This document shows, piece by piece, positions 12,150-25,567 of a DNA stretch of 64,000 nucleotides (position 1 is the first letter of the stretch; each line of letters starts with the position of its first letter). Under the pieces are notes generated by a model, which searched no databases, was not told the DNA's origin, and was given only the letters and a program-made list of their open reading frames with translations. Both the position numbers and the translations under genes were made by a program. The stretch lies in NCBI GenBank assembly GCA_951406725.2, contig OX597825.1, positions 20,088,001-20,152,000 of the forward strand, in the 5' to 3' direction. This stretch comes from Octopus vulgaris (lineage: Eukaryota).

Positions 12150-13560
12150 AAGGGGTGATGCCAAAAGAAAGAAAGGCGGATGGTTCAACAGCAAGCCTCA
12201 GATTTGAAAACCATAGAACCTACTACCCCTGTTTCTAGAGAACCTCCAATCATAAAGCCGGGTATTAACGGAGCGCAAGCGAGAAAAGGCACCGGAGCAC
12301 GATGGTCGTCGCTCAGGAGTTTATCTTTATATGCCAGGCTTGTTTTTAGGCATCTGTCAGAAAAGGAGAACTCCCAGTCCCAGAAAGAACTCGAATTCTG
12401 GGAATGATTTTAACAACTTTAGACCCTTAACACTGCTAAATGCATAGCTGAAGACTTTTTTGTCAAGGTCTTAGTTTAGATGTTGATGCTGGTTGTTACT
12501 GTGGTTGATGAGGCACAGATATGCGTCATGCGAAACACAACCCGCGATAACCGTCTGACTGCGTGATACATAATAGTATGGTTGGGTAAATACCAAGCAT
12601 TGGTAGGCACTGATCAATTTGAATCAATCAGCTTTTGATAGGGGCGAGAATGAATATTTGGCAGTTGTTCTGAAGACGCCTGGTTTTTAGTCATCTTATG
12701 ATAGAGAAACGTTGCGATATACTGAGAGAGTCCGAGTAAACCACCACCTGTCGGAATCTTTCAGCGTCAAGCAATCGGGCCGACAAAGTTACTCACTTTT
12801 TCTCCTACACTACTGCAGAAATTAGTGTTTTCAATGAATATTCTTCGAGAACTAATGCGAAAAATCATGTTCGCATTTTTTTCAGACGACGTCGCTGTAA
12901 TAGCGTCTGACATGAAATGCATATTGACGCTACACTAGAAATACGAGGCGATGACTGGAATTTAAATTAATCGCTGTGGTGCAGCACTGCATATGGAGAG
13001 GTAGACACCTATCATTAGACAGCTTAGTAAGGTAGTAAAAACACGGATCGGTTAAATTCTTTCAACAATGGTGTGGTCCACCTCACCAGACGAACAAAGA
13101 CAGGGATAAGGTGGCCGGCAGCGTAGCAAGTCTGCTCCAGAAATGAGCAGAGACAAAAATGGGCGAATGCATGCATCACATTCATCATCGATTACAGCCT
13201 GGTTCACATATTTTCCCCGCTTCATGGCAACTGAGTGCTGAGGTAATGCAGTCGGTGACTATTCTGCTTGTAGTTCTATAAATGAGTATATGTGAGTAAG
13301 AATGATGAAGTCTTGGGCGAAGTTCAGGGTGTCGATGAAAATCAACGGATTAATCATTTTCGGAGAATTTTCCGCTGGGCCCATCGAAAATCTCCATAGT
13401 CCGCTACACCTACAGTGTTGACAGAAAAGTTCGGCATGCACTCGTTGGCTGGGAAGGGCAGGCTGTCTTCCTCTGTCGGATAGCTATAATAAACGTGATT
13501 GCATTGTCAATTAAACTGTAAAACTGAAGACAACAGTTTCGTTTTAGGTCAAGCCCTCAA
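12150..13560 (+). pseudogene. Decayed L1/Tx1-clade LINE reverse transcriptase
   Basis: Broken-frame motifs in order: KAPEHDG (cf. KSPGxDG), NFRPLTLLN, EAQICV…DN, ALINLNQSAFDR (cf. LDxxKAFDRV), FSDDV (cf. YADD). Many stops and frameshifts. Confidence 0.8.
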
Positions 13561-14677
13561 CGACTTTTTCAAGTTGGAAAGGAAAGGGAAGCTCGATAAG
13601 TTAATGGACTCCCTCGATCCCAGTAAAGTTTTTAAAAGATGAGTTAACGTAGTGAGAATAGTCAGAATGAATGGACCGACACCAAGCATGCACCTCTAAA
13701 CCGAAACCTATCTAGGAATGAGTAGCACTTCCCATATTACACCCTGTGAGTTAAGGAATCAAAATCTGTGGGACTCCGTCGTTGCGCTCGGTGACGGTTC
13801 CTCTTATTTGTTGTAAGAATTTTCTTGTTAATGTTTGCAGGTGATTAGGTAAATCCGCGGTGTTATTTGTTTTTGTGGTATTCTAAATGTGTCTGTGGCC
13901 CATATGGACATTAAACTATAGTTGTTGCTGTTGTTGTTGTTGTTGTTGTTGTAAAATTAGTGAATGGCAAGCTAATGGTGGCATTGAGTAACTATAAGTA
14001 ATTCATTTCCCCTAAATCTTGTACTTAAATTAAAAACAGTTTATTAAAACTTCTGAGACGACAGTGTCGGATAAAACGCTTTCCGTTTTTTGCTCCGATT
14101 TCAACACCCGGCCAGGTCTGTTCGACATTTCATTTCTCTGGGATCGGTAAAATAATGTACCAGTCAAATACTGTGGGCCCGAAGGTATCGAATTCTCTCT
14201 TCTTAAAATTGCTGGCATTGTGCCAAAATTTCCTGCCATTGTTGTTGCTGTTGTTGTCTTGTGTTCAGAAAGTCGGATGATTTTTTTGTTTGGCTCACTC
14301 ATATTCTCGATTATTATCAGCTGAAGCTACGTGGAAAAAAGATTTTTAATGCAAAATTAATAGCTGGAGAAAGTAGGCGTTTAATTAATCGCATTAATTC
14401 TTTGCCATTTAGGTGAAAATACTTTAATTTGCAAAGGAGATATTTCTCTACACTTTTTATAAATGTGGCTGCATAACAGCGTTTAAAATACCACCTGAAG
14501 GAAATGGAACGAAAACAAACACCTTTTTCCAGACAGCAGACTGAAAAAATATAAAAATATACACACAAATTCTGTATGTCAGCGCAAAACATATAATTTC
14601 ATAAAATGAAAGAAAAATATTAAATTTCTGACAGAACAACACGAATTGCACCAATCACGCTAATATGCACAATATCG

Positions 14678-15448
14678 TTTCTACTCTAGGCAGAAGGCCC
14701 GAAATTTTGTGAGAAGGGGCCAGTCGATGAGATCGATCCCAGTACGGAACTGGTACTTAATTTAACGACCCTGAAAGGATAAAAGGCAAAGACGACCTCA
14801 CTGGAATTGGAGGTCAGAACGTAATTACAGACGAAATACCTATTTCTGTTTTTTGTACTACCCACGAGGGGCTAAACACAGAGAAGAAAAACAAGGGCAG
14901 ACAAACAGATTAAGTCGATTATATCAACCCCAGTGCGTAACTAGTACCTATTTAATCGACCACCGAAAGGATGAAAGACAAAGTCGACCTCGGCGGAATT
15001 TAAACTCAGAACGTAACGGCAGACGAAATACCTATTTCTTTATTACCCACAAGGGGCTAAACACAGAGGGAACAAACAAGGACAGACAAACGGATTAAGT
15101 CGATTACATCGACCCCAGTGCGTAACTGGTACTTAATTTATCGACCCCGAAAGGATGAAAGGCAAAGACGACCCTGGGGGAATTTGAACTCAAAATGTAA
15201 CGGCAGATGAAATACCTATTTCTTTACTACCCACAAGGGGCTAAACATGGAGAGGACAAACAAGGACAGACAAACGGATTAAGTCAATTATATTGACCCC
15301 AGTGCGTAACTGGTACTTAATTTGTCGACCCCGAGGGGGTGAAAGGCAAAGTCAACCTCCGCGGAATTTGAATTCAGAATGTAAACACGGACGAAATGCC
15401 ACTAAGCATTTCGCCAGGCTTGCTAAAGTTTCTGCCATATTACCACCT
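14678..15448 (-). mobile_element. SINE family B tandem multimer (about 4 head-to-tail units)
   Basis: An internal unit of about 190 bp (…acgaaatacctatttc…cccacaaggggctaaacac…cccgaaaggatgaaaggcaaagtcgacc…gaatttgaactcagaa) is repeated, with a single 5' head at ~15448. Confidence 0.9.
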
Positions 15449-15592
15449 TAGTAGCATTATATATATATATTGCATGATTGCTTTGTCCTTCTTCACAATT
15501 TTCTAAATCTTCGTTTAGCTCTTCATATTTTCGAACCCCTATTTATAACACTTTTATTCTATAAAAAGGCAGTGGTGAAAATAGCAAAATAT

Positions 15593-15602
15593 ATTATTAT
15601 TA

Positions 15603-15678
<76 letters not shown>

Positions 15679-15702
15679 TGCTATTGTTGATGTTATTATT
15701 AT
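15593..15702. repeat. (ATT)n microsatellite
   Basis: Read directly. It produces the poly-I/poly-N pseudo-ORFs. Confidence 0.95.
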
Positions 15703-17491
15703 TTGTAGTCATATAAATTAAATAAGTTAACAAAGACGAAGTCATAAATAAAAAGAAATGAAATGCAACAGATAAAGTTAGAATATGAAAGATCACAACG
15801 TGGAGCTCATTCAAGCGTGAAATGGATGTAATAAGTAAAAGCCTCGGTGATAAATTTACTTCCTTCACGCCTCGTCGAATTTTCCCCCTTTTCTAATAAG
15901 AAACTTCGAAAGTAGAATGCCATTTGTTATTGACGTCTGGTGATAAACGCCTGTGCAATGTTCAGCAACCAAGAAGAACACGCAAACACACTAAACCACA
16001 AAAAAACACATACATATATACACACACATACAAAACAAAAAAGAATAAATAAAAAATTAGAGAAAATCCCGTTAATCAATGAATGAAAAGCTAAATTTGC
16101 AGGCAGAAAATACTTACCAATTGACAATGACGTTGCTTACGTTTACGAATATTCAAACTTTCAGCTGGTGCAATTTGATAAATAACCTCTATTTGTATTG
16201 ACGGGAGACACTCGGCTTATAATTCTGAATTAATATATCTTTCTCAATGTTTATTTCAGTTTCTTTTCTTTTCTTTAGTAGACGTCAAGTTAGATATAAT
16301 GCATATTTTTCTACGATACAGTGAGTCAGTTTATATTAGGTTTGGGAAGGACAATGTATGGTCATAAAATAAATATCTTAGAATGAGCAGGATGGAAAGT
16401 GTCAATATATAAACAAGAGGCCAGTCTTCCATTGTTAATATAAAATACGTAATATTGGTTTCCTTTAACTAGATACAAGGTCAAGTTTTGCATCAATTGT
16501 GATACAGACGATTTGGTCGATAATCTGTATTTGACGGGTATTTGCCTCATCGATTTCAGAAGAGAAATGGAACAAAATAATTCAATAGTTACTGGAATTT
16601 GAACTCAGAACGAAGCATTAAATTATGTATTTTGAGAAATTTAACATTCAATCTGATATTCCATCATTGTTATTTCTAATAATAATAATAATAATATCGA
16701 AACGCAAGTACTATTTACAAGGAATAGTGTGAACTTAAAAGCAATAAACGTAGGTTTCTGCTGCCATATTTAACTGAGCCGTTCCATAAGTAATACTGTG
16801 ACCACATAACATCTCTCATAACAATACTAATGTTGAACGTTATGAGAAAATCTAACAAAAATTATACGGTAAATATGAATTCTAAGAATGGCAACGGTCA
16901 ATTAAATTATATGAAAAATAAGCAAAATAATCAGTATATTAATTTAATATTTTCTTCGATTGTCTATCTGGACAGGTTAGCTATTAATCCTTTCGAAGTC
17001 GACAGAATCGAAGTATTATACTTGCGTCGATTTAATAGAATTCAATTGTCAGTTCCATATCTCAAATGTGTTCATTATCTTGATTTACATGCAGTGTTGG
17101 GACTATATTAGAAAGGATTATGCTCTGATTTGAATAAGACGAAGCCTTCAGATAGTTTCCTTTGTTGCCCTTCACTCTCAGTAAATTTCGTTAATATAAA
17201 TATATCTTCAGAATATTAATTGCGAGTCTTTACCATGTGCTCACTTCCACACCTGATCTTGTTAAACCATTTACTAATAGTATGTTATACACAAGTAGTA
17301 ATAATAGTAACGTTATCAAAGTAGAACCCCAATGTCTCAGTGCTGTATTTCTATAGGAAAAGTAAGAGAATTGCTCTTACATTCATAACTAGTGGATGTA
17401 AGTATTCACTTTTCAGAGAAGGACGTCGAAAAGATTGTAATATAATTTCGAAAATTATATACGATCATGCATATTATATTATAATCGCTTA

Positions 17492-17648
17492 AGCGGCGAG
17501 CTAGCATAATCATTAGCACACCGGGCGAAATGTTTAGCGATATTTCGTCTGCCGCTAATGTTCTGAGTTCAAATTATGCAGTGGGATCGATATAATCGAC
17601 TAGCCTCCTTCCCCCAGAATTTTCAAGGTCTTGTGCCTAGAGTAGAAA
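17492..17648 (+). mobile_element. SINE family B with internal deletion
   Basis: Head through gagttcaaatt is joined to the 3' part tcgatataatcgactag…tgtgcctagagtagaaa. Confidence 0.75.
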
Positions 17649-20274
17649 TATTTATTTTATAAACGCTTATTCAATATACGTTAAAGCCAAAAACAGGTAT
17701 GCGTAACCTGTTTTTGATAGACTTATGTACTACAGAGAAATATGGGCCTCATAAAATAATTCACTTATTAAGAACGTTCTGGGACCCAACTTCTACTGTT
17801 TAGGAACAGTGCTTAGAGGATCGGATGCACACAGGCTTTTGGTGTGTACTCAAAACATGCCCGCTTGATTTCGTCGCTGAAAATATATATTACCTAATAC
17901 CTGTTCGTTCTTAAAATGAGAAAATGAGTACGCCAAGTGTAATTCATACTGATAAATGGAAATATTTGATAGAGCACAGTTCTTTGTACAACTCTCACAC
18001 TGGGACTAATGAAAATTAATGGGATTGCGCAGTTATAAACGGATTTGTAGACAGATATTTTAAATCAGTATTACCGTCAATTATCAGTGGAAATGTGAAT
18101 ATCTAATGAGACAAGCTCATTGGTAAGATGTGGCAGACGATAACTAAACTATTCCAGAAAAGCCCCATAGATACCTATGAGCTGGATCGACAGAATTCAA
18201 TTGAAACTGAATTATATCAATTAATTACGACGTATATATAGCTTCGGTATCGTATAAGTATAATACTGATATAAGTTAATCAAATCATGGTGACAAACTC
18301 CGAATTTCAACTGTTTATATTTTGTGTGACAGGTTTTATGGAAATTAATGATGTTAGATTCCGCTGCAAAGTTGAAATCTTTGACAAGCGTGAAGCCGTC
18401 AGTTGTAGACGCCTTCATTCCACTGAAAATAATATTGCTCACAGATATAGATGGGTCGGCTTCGAAAGTTTTCAAAAAAATTTTTTTCAGCTATTGAAAA
18501 TATTCAGCAAGGTGTATAGAAATATTGATTACAGTATATGATATGTACTTTAGAACAATGGCGGGTAGGAGTAAGAGGGTTTTTTTCGCATATAAGCTCC
18601 TAGGCAGAAAAGACGGAACAGCGTTGTATGGTTATACATACATGCATACACACACACACACACAAACACACATATATAGATATGTATATATATATGCATA
18701 TGTATATATACACATATATACATAAATACATACACACATATATGTATGTATGTGTCTGTATGTCTGTCTGTCTGTATGTATGTATGTATGTATGTATGTA
18801 TGTATGTATGTATAAAGCAGATATATATAAAGAGACACAGAGACAGAGAGAAACATGAAAAGCAAAAAGCAACGCAATCGAATGCTAATTTTTATCATAT
18901 TTCTTTTTCTTAGTCTATTTCTGGACAATAACTTTGTTCCGTCTGTAGTTTTCTTTTCCAACTTGAACCGTTTTACTTCAATAATATAGATCCCAGAGTT
19001 CAATAGCAGACAATTATTGATTTTCTGTCACAATAATGCTGATCTCTATTTCGAAAACGAAGACTAAATCTTGAAATTTAAGTAGGTTTATGAAAATAGT
19101 TACTAATATGCAATTCACCATTTTGTTTTACATTCAAGTTATGTGACATATATTATTACTTTTTTTTTAATTTTAATTTTCTTTTTTTTTTTTGTAATAG
19201 ATATTTGCGTAATTGAATTTTGGATTATTTTCTTTTGATTTTTAATACTTTCTTATCACTCGTATTGATTCTTGGTCAGAAAAGTTTAATTAACATTTGT
19301 AATCTTTCTACAATGGAAATTTTTTAGCACTTAATATCGTTTTATATTTTGCAATTTTTGTCAATACACGTAGATAGAAGCAGATAGGAATGTAGACAGG
19401 GAGATGAATAGGTTGAAATTTGAGACGAATAACAAATGGACAGAGAAAGACATTATTCTTTAATATATTTTTCGAATATACATATAGTTGTTCTTTTTTT
19501 CTTTCGCATGGAATATCCATTTTACAAAATTAGTATCGCACCACTTTCTAACTGCACAGTTACTAAAGTTACACATGTAAGACTGTAAGGAGACCAAAGA
19601 ACAGAGGGAAATTGTACATTTTGATGCAGTTGTCTATAAGTGTTTCTTGTTATCATTACTACGTATCTTATATTTATATCCGGTGGCAACTGAACTGCTC
19701 GAAAGAAAATGATTCTCGGTTTATGTAGCGAATACTACTTAAAGATAACTATGAAGCATTTGCCTGAAGCTCTAACAAGAATATTCAAGCATCATTCCTT
19801 TTCTTGAAACGTATAAATGGAATTACCTTCAGTGGCTTTGTGTGTATTCATATTATTGATATGCCTCAATTAACTATGGCCTTCTGCCTCCTGTGATTGT
19901 CCCCACATTTGGTGTTGCCCGTGACACGCCACAATCTGCTCGATTAACAATAGTAGCGGCACTGTTCCATTGCAAGATTTCCATACCAGATACCGATTAC
20001 CATCTCGCTCACGGCTATATTTTCTATTTTGAGATCCTGTGATGATTGCGCTGAACACCTGACACATCACCTTAAGAGGTTTATAAACACCATACGCACA
20101 ACTCAATGCCTCCTACGAAGCTATCAAACAGCAGACGGGATTACTGTTGAAGTAAATGTGCTAGACATTGATCTACACGAAACTGAAGATTCTGGAAGAG
20201 CTACAGATTATGTGATTCCCTTCAACATTGATGAAGGCACGTGGTTTGGTGGTTAGGACATACGGCTAACGTAT

Positions 20275-20503
20275 ACCTATTTCTTTACTACCCACAAGGG
20301 GCTAAACACAGAGAGAACAAACAAGGACAGACAAACGGATCAAGTCGATTATATCGACCCCAGTGCGTAACTGGTGCTTAAATTATCGACCCCGAAAGGA
20401 TGAAAGGCAAAGTCGACCTCGGCGGAAATTGAAATCAGAACGTAACGGCAGACGAAATACGGCCACGCATTTCGCCCGGCGTGCTAACGTTTCTTCCAGC
20501 TCA
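20275..20503 (-). mobile_element. SINE family B
   Basis: Reverse complement of the family B consensus. Confidence 0.9.
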
Positions 20504-20589
20504 CTTGATCGATTCTTGGGGATGCATAGTGTCCTTGAGAACGACACTTTATTTTATTTTGCTCCGGTTCACTCATCTTGCAAAAATAC

Positions 20590-20770
20590 GTAACATCTGT
20601 ATTCCAAAGCGCCAGCCTTGACACATTCCGTATCATGTTGACTCTCCCTGAGAACTACATAAAGGATACGCTACTCTTTGGAGTGCCTAGCCACTCGCGT
20701 GTTAACTTTATGAGCAGGCTGCTCCGTTGAACGAATCAACTGGATTCCTCGTCGTCGTAAACGAAGGAGC
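20590..20770 (+). mobile_element. Old SINE family A 3' half
   Basis: Diverged match to ctgtatttcaaagggccggccttg…gagaactac…gagcaggctgttccgttga…ctcgtcgtcgtaaccgacggag. Confidence 0.75.
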
Positions 20771-21060
20771 ATCTTCATCACAAATTTAACAGATTTGATT
20801 CAAAATACTGCAACAATTGCGTTTAGGGATCTCATTAATTGTTTCTTTTATTTTTTTGGGGTAGTTTTATTTCATATTTTTCTTCTGGTGCGAAACAACA
20901 TAAATCTTCGATATGTCACGTGATAAATGTAACATCGTTCAAAAATCTGAAGACAAACGTGTTGACTCATATATAAAACACTTTTGTGTTATCAGGGGAC
21001 GCAAACGCGCGTACGTGTCTGTATATAGGTGTATCTGTATGTATGTACATATGTACGTGT

Positions 21061-21102
<42 letters not shown>

Positions 21103-21124
21103 ACAAATGAAAGAAGAGCACTCA

Positions 21125-21460
21125 ACACATTTCTCGGGAGTTACATGTATATACAAGCTTCAGGACCAGCTTCTGCGGCGGCCTGTGTTTCAGGGGCCCG
21201 CAGCTTTTTTAATATTCTCGCAAAGAGCCTGAGGAACTTGCACAAAGTAGATGTAGGGGATTTTAAATCAAAGCTGGACATCTTCCTGTCAAGAGTCCCA
21301 GATGAACCTACCTCACGGCAAGAGGTGCAAATGAGAGTAGCTATATCAAACTCCATTCTTCACCAAGTGCCACATATTAGACGAGGTTCTTCGTAATAAC
21401 AGTGTAGCGCAAAACGGCGGTGCATCAGCATGGCCGCAGCTCTAAGCTGAAACTACAGAG
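21125..21460 (+). mobile_element. 3' end of a CR1/L2-group LINE (ORF2 C-terminus plus 3' UTR)
   Basis: FNILAKSLRNLHKVDVGDFKSKLDIFLSRVPDEP…SNSILHQV matches the FNxLPxxLR…FKxxLDxFLxxVPDEP terminus. Stop at 21396, then a short UTR. Confidence 0.75.
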
Positions 21461-21868
21461 AAAAAATATACACGTACATACGCGACCAGTTCAGTTATCC
21501 ATCCAAACACCATGTGCTATATGGTCAAAATACCACCGCAGTAAATATAGTGACAAAGTAAATATATATTGAATAAATGATGTGGTTTTAGAGTCAGGTT
21601 TTGACTGCAATTTAAATCCTGCTGTTATCTCTTAGATACCCTTATTTATAATTTTAATAATAATTAGAAGTTATAAGGGGTTTTTTTTCCCATTATGCTA
21701 CTTGTTTTGATTGTTTTTAAACAACGATCTTATATACTTATTTATGTAGAAATTTATATACATTCACTTCGTCATTATATTTACTCCGGTGATATGTTCA
21801 TCATATAGCACATGCTTTTTTGGACGGATAACTGAACTGGCCATGTATATTCGTGCATATATATATAA

Positions 21869-22098
21869 GGTGGCGAGCTGGCAGAAACGTTAGCACGACG
21901 GGCGAAATGTGTAGCCGTATTTCGTCCGCCGCTGCGTTCTGAGTTCAAATTCCGCCACGGTCGACTTTGCCTTTCATCCTTTCGGGGTCGATAAATTAAG
22001 TACCAGTTACGCACTGGGGTCGATGTAATCGACTTAATCCGTTTGTCGGTCCTTGTTTGTCCCCTCTGTGTTTAGCCCCTTGTGGGTAGTAAAGAAAT
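21869..22098 (+). mobile_element. SINE family B, near-consensus monomer
   Basis: Complete from head to the gtagtaaagaaata end. Confidence 0.92.
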
Positions 22099-22534
22099 AT
22101 ATATATGTATATATGCGTTGCTATACGTAAGTATTCGTATGCTTGTGTGTATATTTATGTAATTATGTACACTAATTGGTATATTTCATTGACGAAGGCA
22201 AAGTATTTGTATACAGAGCCAGAAACCCAGCGTCTGGAATCATACAATTTTCACTAGTTTATTTGTACATGTGTATGTATCGTTCTGTGTATGTGTGTGT
22301 GAGTGTCATAGTTCTTAATTGCTCAACAACCATCCCCTCAGCCTCTTCCCTTCCCCCCTTGGCGCTACTGCTGTCCCAGGGACCGAAATTTGGTACAGTT
22401 CCTGTATGTCTCAGTGTTTGTGTGTTCGCCCACGGTACTGCTATTGCGGTTGTTGTCATTGTTGTTGTAATGGCCATCGTTTTCACTGTTGTTGCTGTTA
22501 TCGTTATTCATGTTCTTGATACTGTTGTGGCCGT

Positions 22535-22917
22535 GGAGGCGCAATGGCCCAGTGGTTAGGGCAGCGGACTCGCAGTCATAGGATCGCGGTTTCGATTCCC
22601 AGACCGGGCATTGTGAGTCTTTATTGAGCGAAAACACCTAAAAGCTCCACGAGGCTCCGGCAGGGGATGGTGGTGATCCCTGCTGTACCCTTTCACCACA
22701 ACTTTCTCTCACTCTTACTTTCTGTTTCTGTTCTACCTGTATTTGAAGGGGCCGGCCTTATCACTCTCTGTGTCACGCTGAATATCCCCGAGAACTACGT
22801 TAAGGGTACACGTGTCTGTGGAGTGCTCAGCCACTTACACGTTAATTTCACGAGCAGGCTGTTCCGTTGATTCGGATCAACCGCATCCCTCATCGTCGTA
22901 ACCGACGGAGTGCTTCC
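22535..22917 (+). mobile_element. SINE family A, full length, 14-bp TSD
   Basis: TSD actgttgtggccgt at 22521-22534 and 22918-22931. Confidence 0.93.
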
Positions 22918-23222
22918 ACTGTTGTGGCCGTCTGTGAAATTATTGTATGCGCGTTTGCGTGTGTATATGTATTCGCTTACTATGTTGTTTGTGTCTGAGC
23001 ACATTATACAGATTATTTATTCATTTATATTTTATCTCTCTCTAACTCTTAAACTTAGCAGACGTTTCAGCATACATGTCTTTTGTGTGACTATTACCCC
23101 CTTTGCATCTTGTTTTAATTTATTTTATTTTGTTTTATTTTTTTTATTTGTCCTCTCTATGTCTCCTCTCTGTTGTCTTTAGTCGTCATGTTTGGTGTAT
23201 TGATGGGTGTAATAGTTCCATG

Positions 23223-23260
<38 letters not shown>

Positions 23261-23375
23261 ACAAGAATGCAAAATATCCAGACAGTCGATACAAAGAAAA
23301 CAAGGACGGGTTATTCGGAGCTTTCTTTCCTCAGTCGAGTTCCAGATTATCATTGCAATTTTGTAATCTCGGCTG

Positions 23376-23413
<38 letters not shown>

Positions 23414-23938
23414 CACAGGCATGATTGTGCAGTGAAATAAATCGCTTCGGAATCGTGCGTTTTGTGGTCAGTCCCACTTCGCAGCACTCTTAGTCATTGT
23501 CTTCTGCTATAGTTATGGGTAGATTAATGTATTGTGAGAGAATTTGATAAACGGAAACTCTCTGGAAACCCGTCTTAAATACCGATATGTGTGAACGCGT
23601 GTGTGCGTGTAAGTATGTATGTATTATATTTTACAGCAATAAACTTTACTCATTCTTAACAGAAAGAAGCGAGCCGTTGAATTTATTTTATCTTTTCACG
23701 TTGTACCCTGTACTGAGATTCGAAGTGGCGTCAACATTTCTGTGCAAATAGTGAAACAGTTATTTGCTTGCCGTCATTACCACCTCACCGACATATATGG
23801 ATATAACCCAAGAGATGAGAACAGATTTACTAAACACTGTGAAATCTCCCCGACCTAAAACAGTCAAGACAATTCGACACCGTATTTTTGGATACACAAG
23901 AAGATATCACTATTATGTGTGGAATTAATTTCATTGTA

Positions 23939-24036
23939 GGCGCAGGCGCGGAAATTTAGGCAATAGTCTTCTACTATAGCTTCACAAAGCCTTGTGTATG
24001 GATTTGGTAGACGGAAACTGAAAGAAGACAGTCGTG

Positions 24037-24087
<51 letters not shown>

Positions 24088-24305
24088 ATGTGGTTGTGTG
24101 TGGTTGTATGTGTGTGGATGCATACATAGAAATATATATGTGTGTATATGTGTATGTTAACTAGCTGTTTGGTTTATGAGTCCGATAGAATAAGACCCAC
24201 GCTTAAAAACAAACAAATACTTGGTCAATACATTCGACTAATAATTCTTCAAGGCGGTGTTCCGCCATGGCCTCAGTCTTATGAGTGAAACTAATAAAAG
24301 ATAAA
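23939..24305 (+). mobile_element. SINE family C (CORE-like, internal microsatellite), partly deleted
   Basis: gtcttctactatagc…ggatttggtagacggaaactgaaagaag, then (TA)n(TG)n, then a tail ending ggcggtg…catggcc…gaaac. An older head fragment lies at ~23412-23575. Confidence 0.8.
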
Positions 24306-24405
24306 TGATGCGCTTCTGCAACGAACAGTCTCTAGGTTTTCGATTAGAATAGCAATAAGATCAACCTCACACGCTTACCATCATAATATCAATTCAATTT
24401 AAAAT

Positions 24406-24790
24406 GCGGCGAGCTAGCAGAAACATTAGCACGCCAGGTGAAATGCTTAGCAGTATTTCGTCTGCCGCTACGTTCTGAGATCAAATTCAGCGGAGGTTGA
24501 CTTTACCTTTCATCCTTTCGGGGTCGATTAAATAAGTACCAGTTACGCACTGGAGTCGATATAATCGATTTAATCCGTTTGTCTGTCCTTGTTTGTCCTC
24601 TCTGTGTTTAGCCCCTTGTGGGTAGTAAAGAAATAGGTATTTCGTCTGTCGATTCTTACCTTCCATCCTTTCGACGTCGATAAAATAAGTACCGCTTGCG
24701 TACTGGGGTTGATGTAATCGACTGCTCCTCTCCCCCACATTTCAGGCCCTGTGCCTATAGTAGAAAGGATTATTAGTGCTGCAGTTACCG
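24406..24790 (+). mobile_element. SINE family B dimer with diagnostic variant second unit
   Basis: Monomer plus a second unit gtcgattcttaccttccatcctttcgacgtcg…tagtagaaaggattattagtgctgcagttac. Confidence 0.88.
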
Positions 24791-25169
24791 CAGTTATCTT
24801 TCTTACTGTAAATGATATAAAATGTTATATTTATATAATAAAACTAATTAAAAGAAAATGTTTCTCTTCACGTTTGTTTTTCAATTGACCATAAATAAGT
24901 ATGCATTTCTGTAATCCTTAATTTATGTTTTCTTATAGCGGTTTAAAGGACACGAAGAAAATATTTAACATACATGTCGTTAATATTCATAGCGTTTCAT
25001 GCGTATATGTCTCTATGACGTTATAACTGTAGTTAGGGTTTTAGGTATAATGATAACACTTTAGTATAAGTGACGTGGAATCATTATATTCTCCCTTACT
25101 AAGAGAAAAGCCAAATAAAATAATATAACCTAAGAGAAAGCTTAAGGTAGAAAAACAAAATCCACCATA

Positions 25170-25567
25170 GTAGTAAAGAAGTAGGTATTTCGTCTGCCCT
25201 TGCGTTCTGAGTTCAAATTTCGCCGAGGTCGACTTTGCCTTTCATCCTTCAGGGTTCGATAAATTAAGTACCAGTTACGCACTGGGATCGATGTAATCGA
25301 CTTAATTCCTTTGTCTTTCCTTGATTGTCCCCTCTATGTTTGGCCTCTTGTGGGCAATAAAGAAATAAGGAACGTTAGCACGCCGGGCGAAATGCTTAGC
25401 GGCATTTCGTCAGCCTTTGCGTTCTGAATCCAAATTCCGCCGAGGTCGACCTTGCTTTTCATCCATCAGGGATCGATAAATTAAGTAGTATTTACGTACT
25501 GGCATCGATCTAATTGACTGGCTCCCTCCCCGCAAAAATTTTGGGCCTTGTACCTAGAGTAGAAAAG
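25170..25567 (+). mobile_element. SINE family B tandem units
   Basis: Two successive units matching the family consensus. Confidence 0.88.

Noticed and set aside
23310-23345. Minus-strand CUGAGGA-aa-GAAA-GC-UC as an ultra-minimal hammerhead
   Set aside because: There is no stem II and stem I pairs only with a bulge. It cannot be supported without a family consensus.
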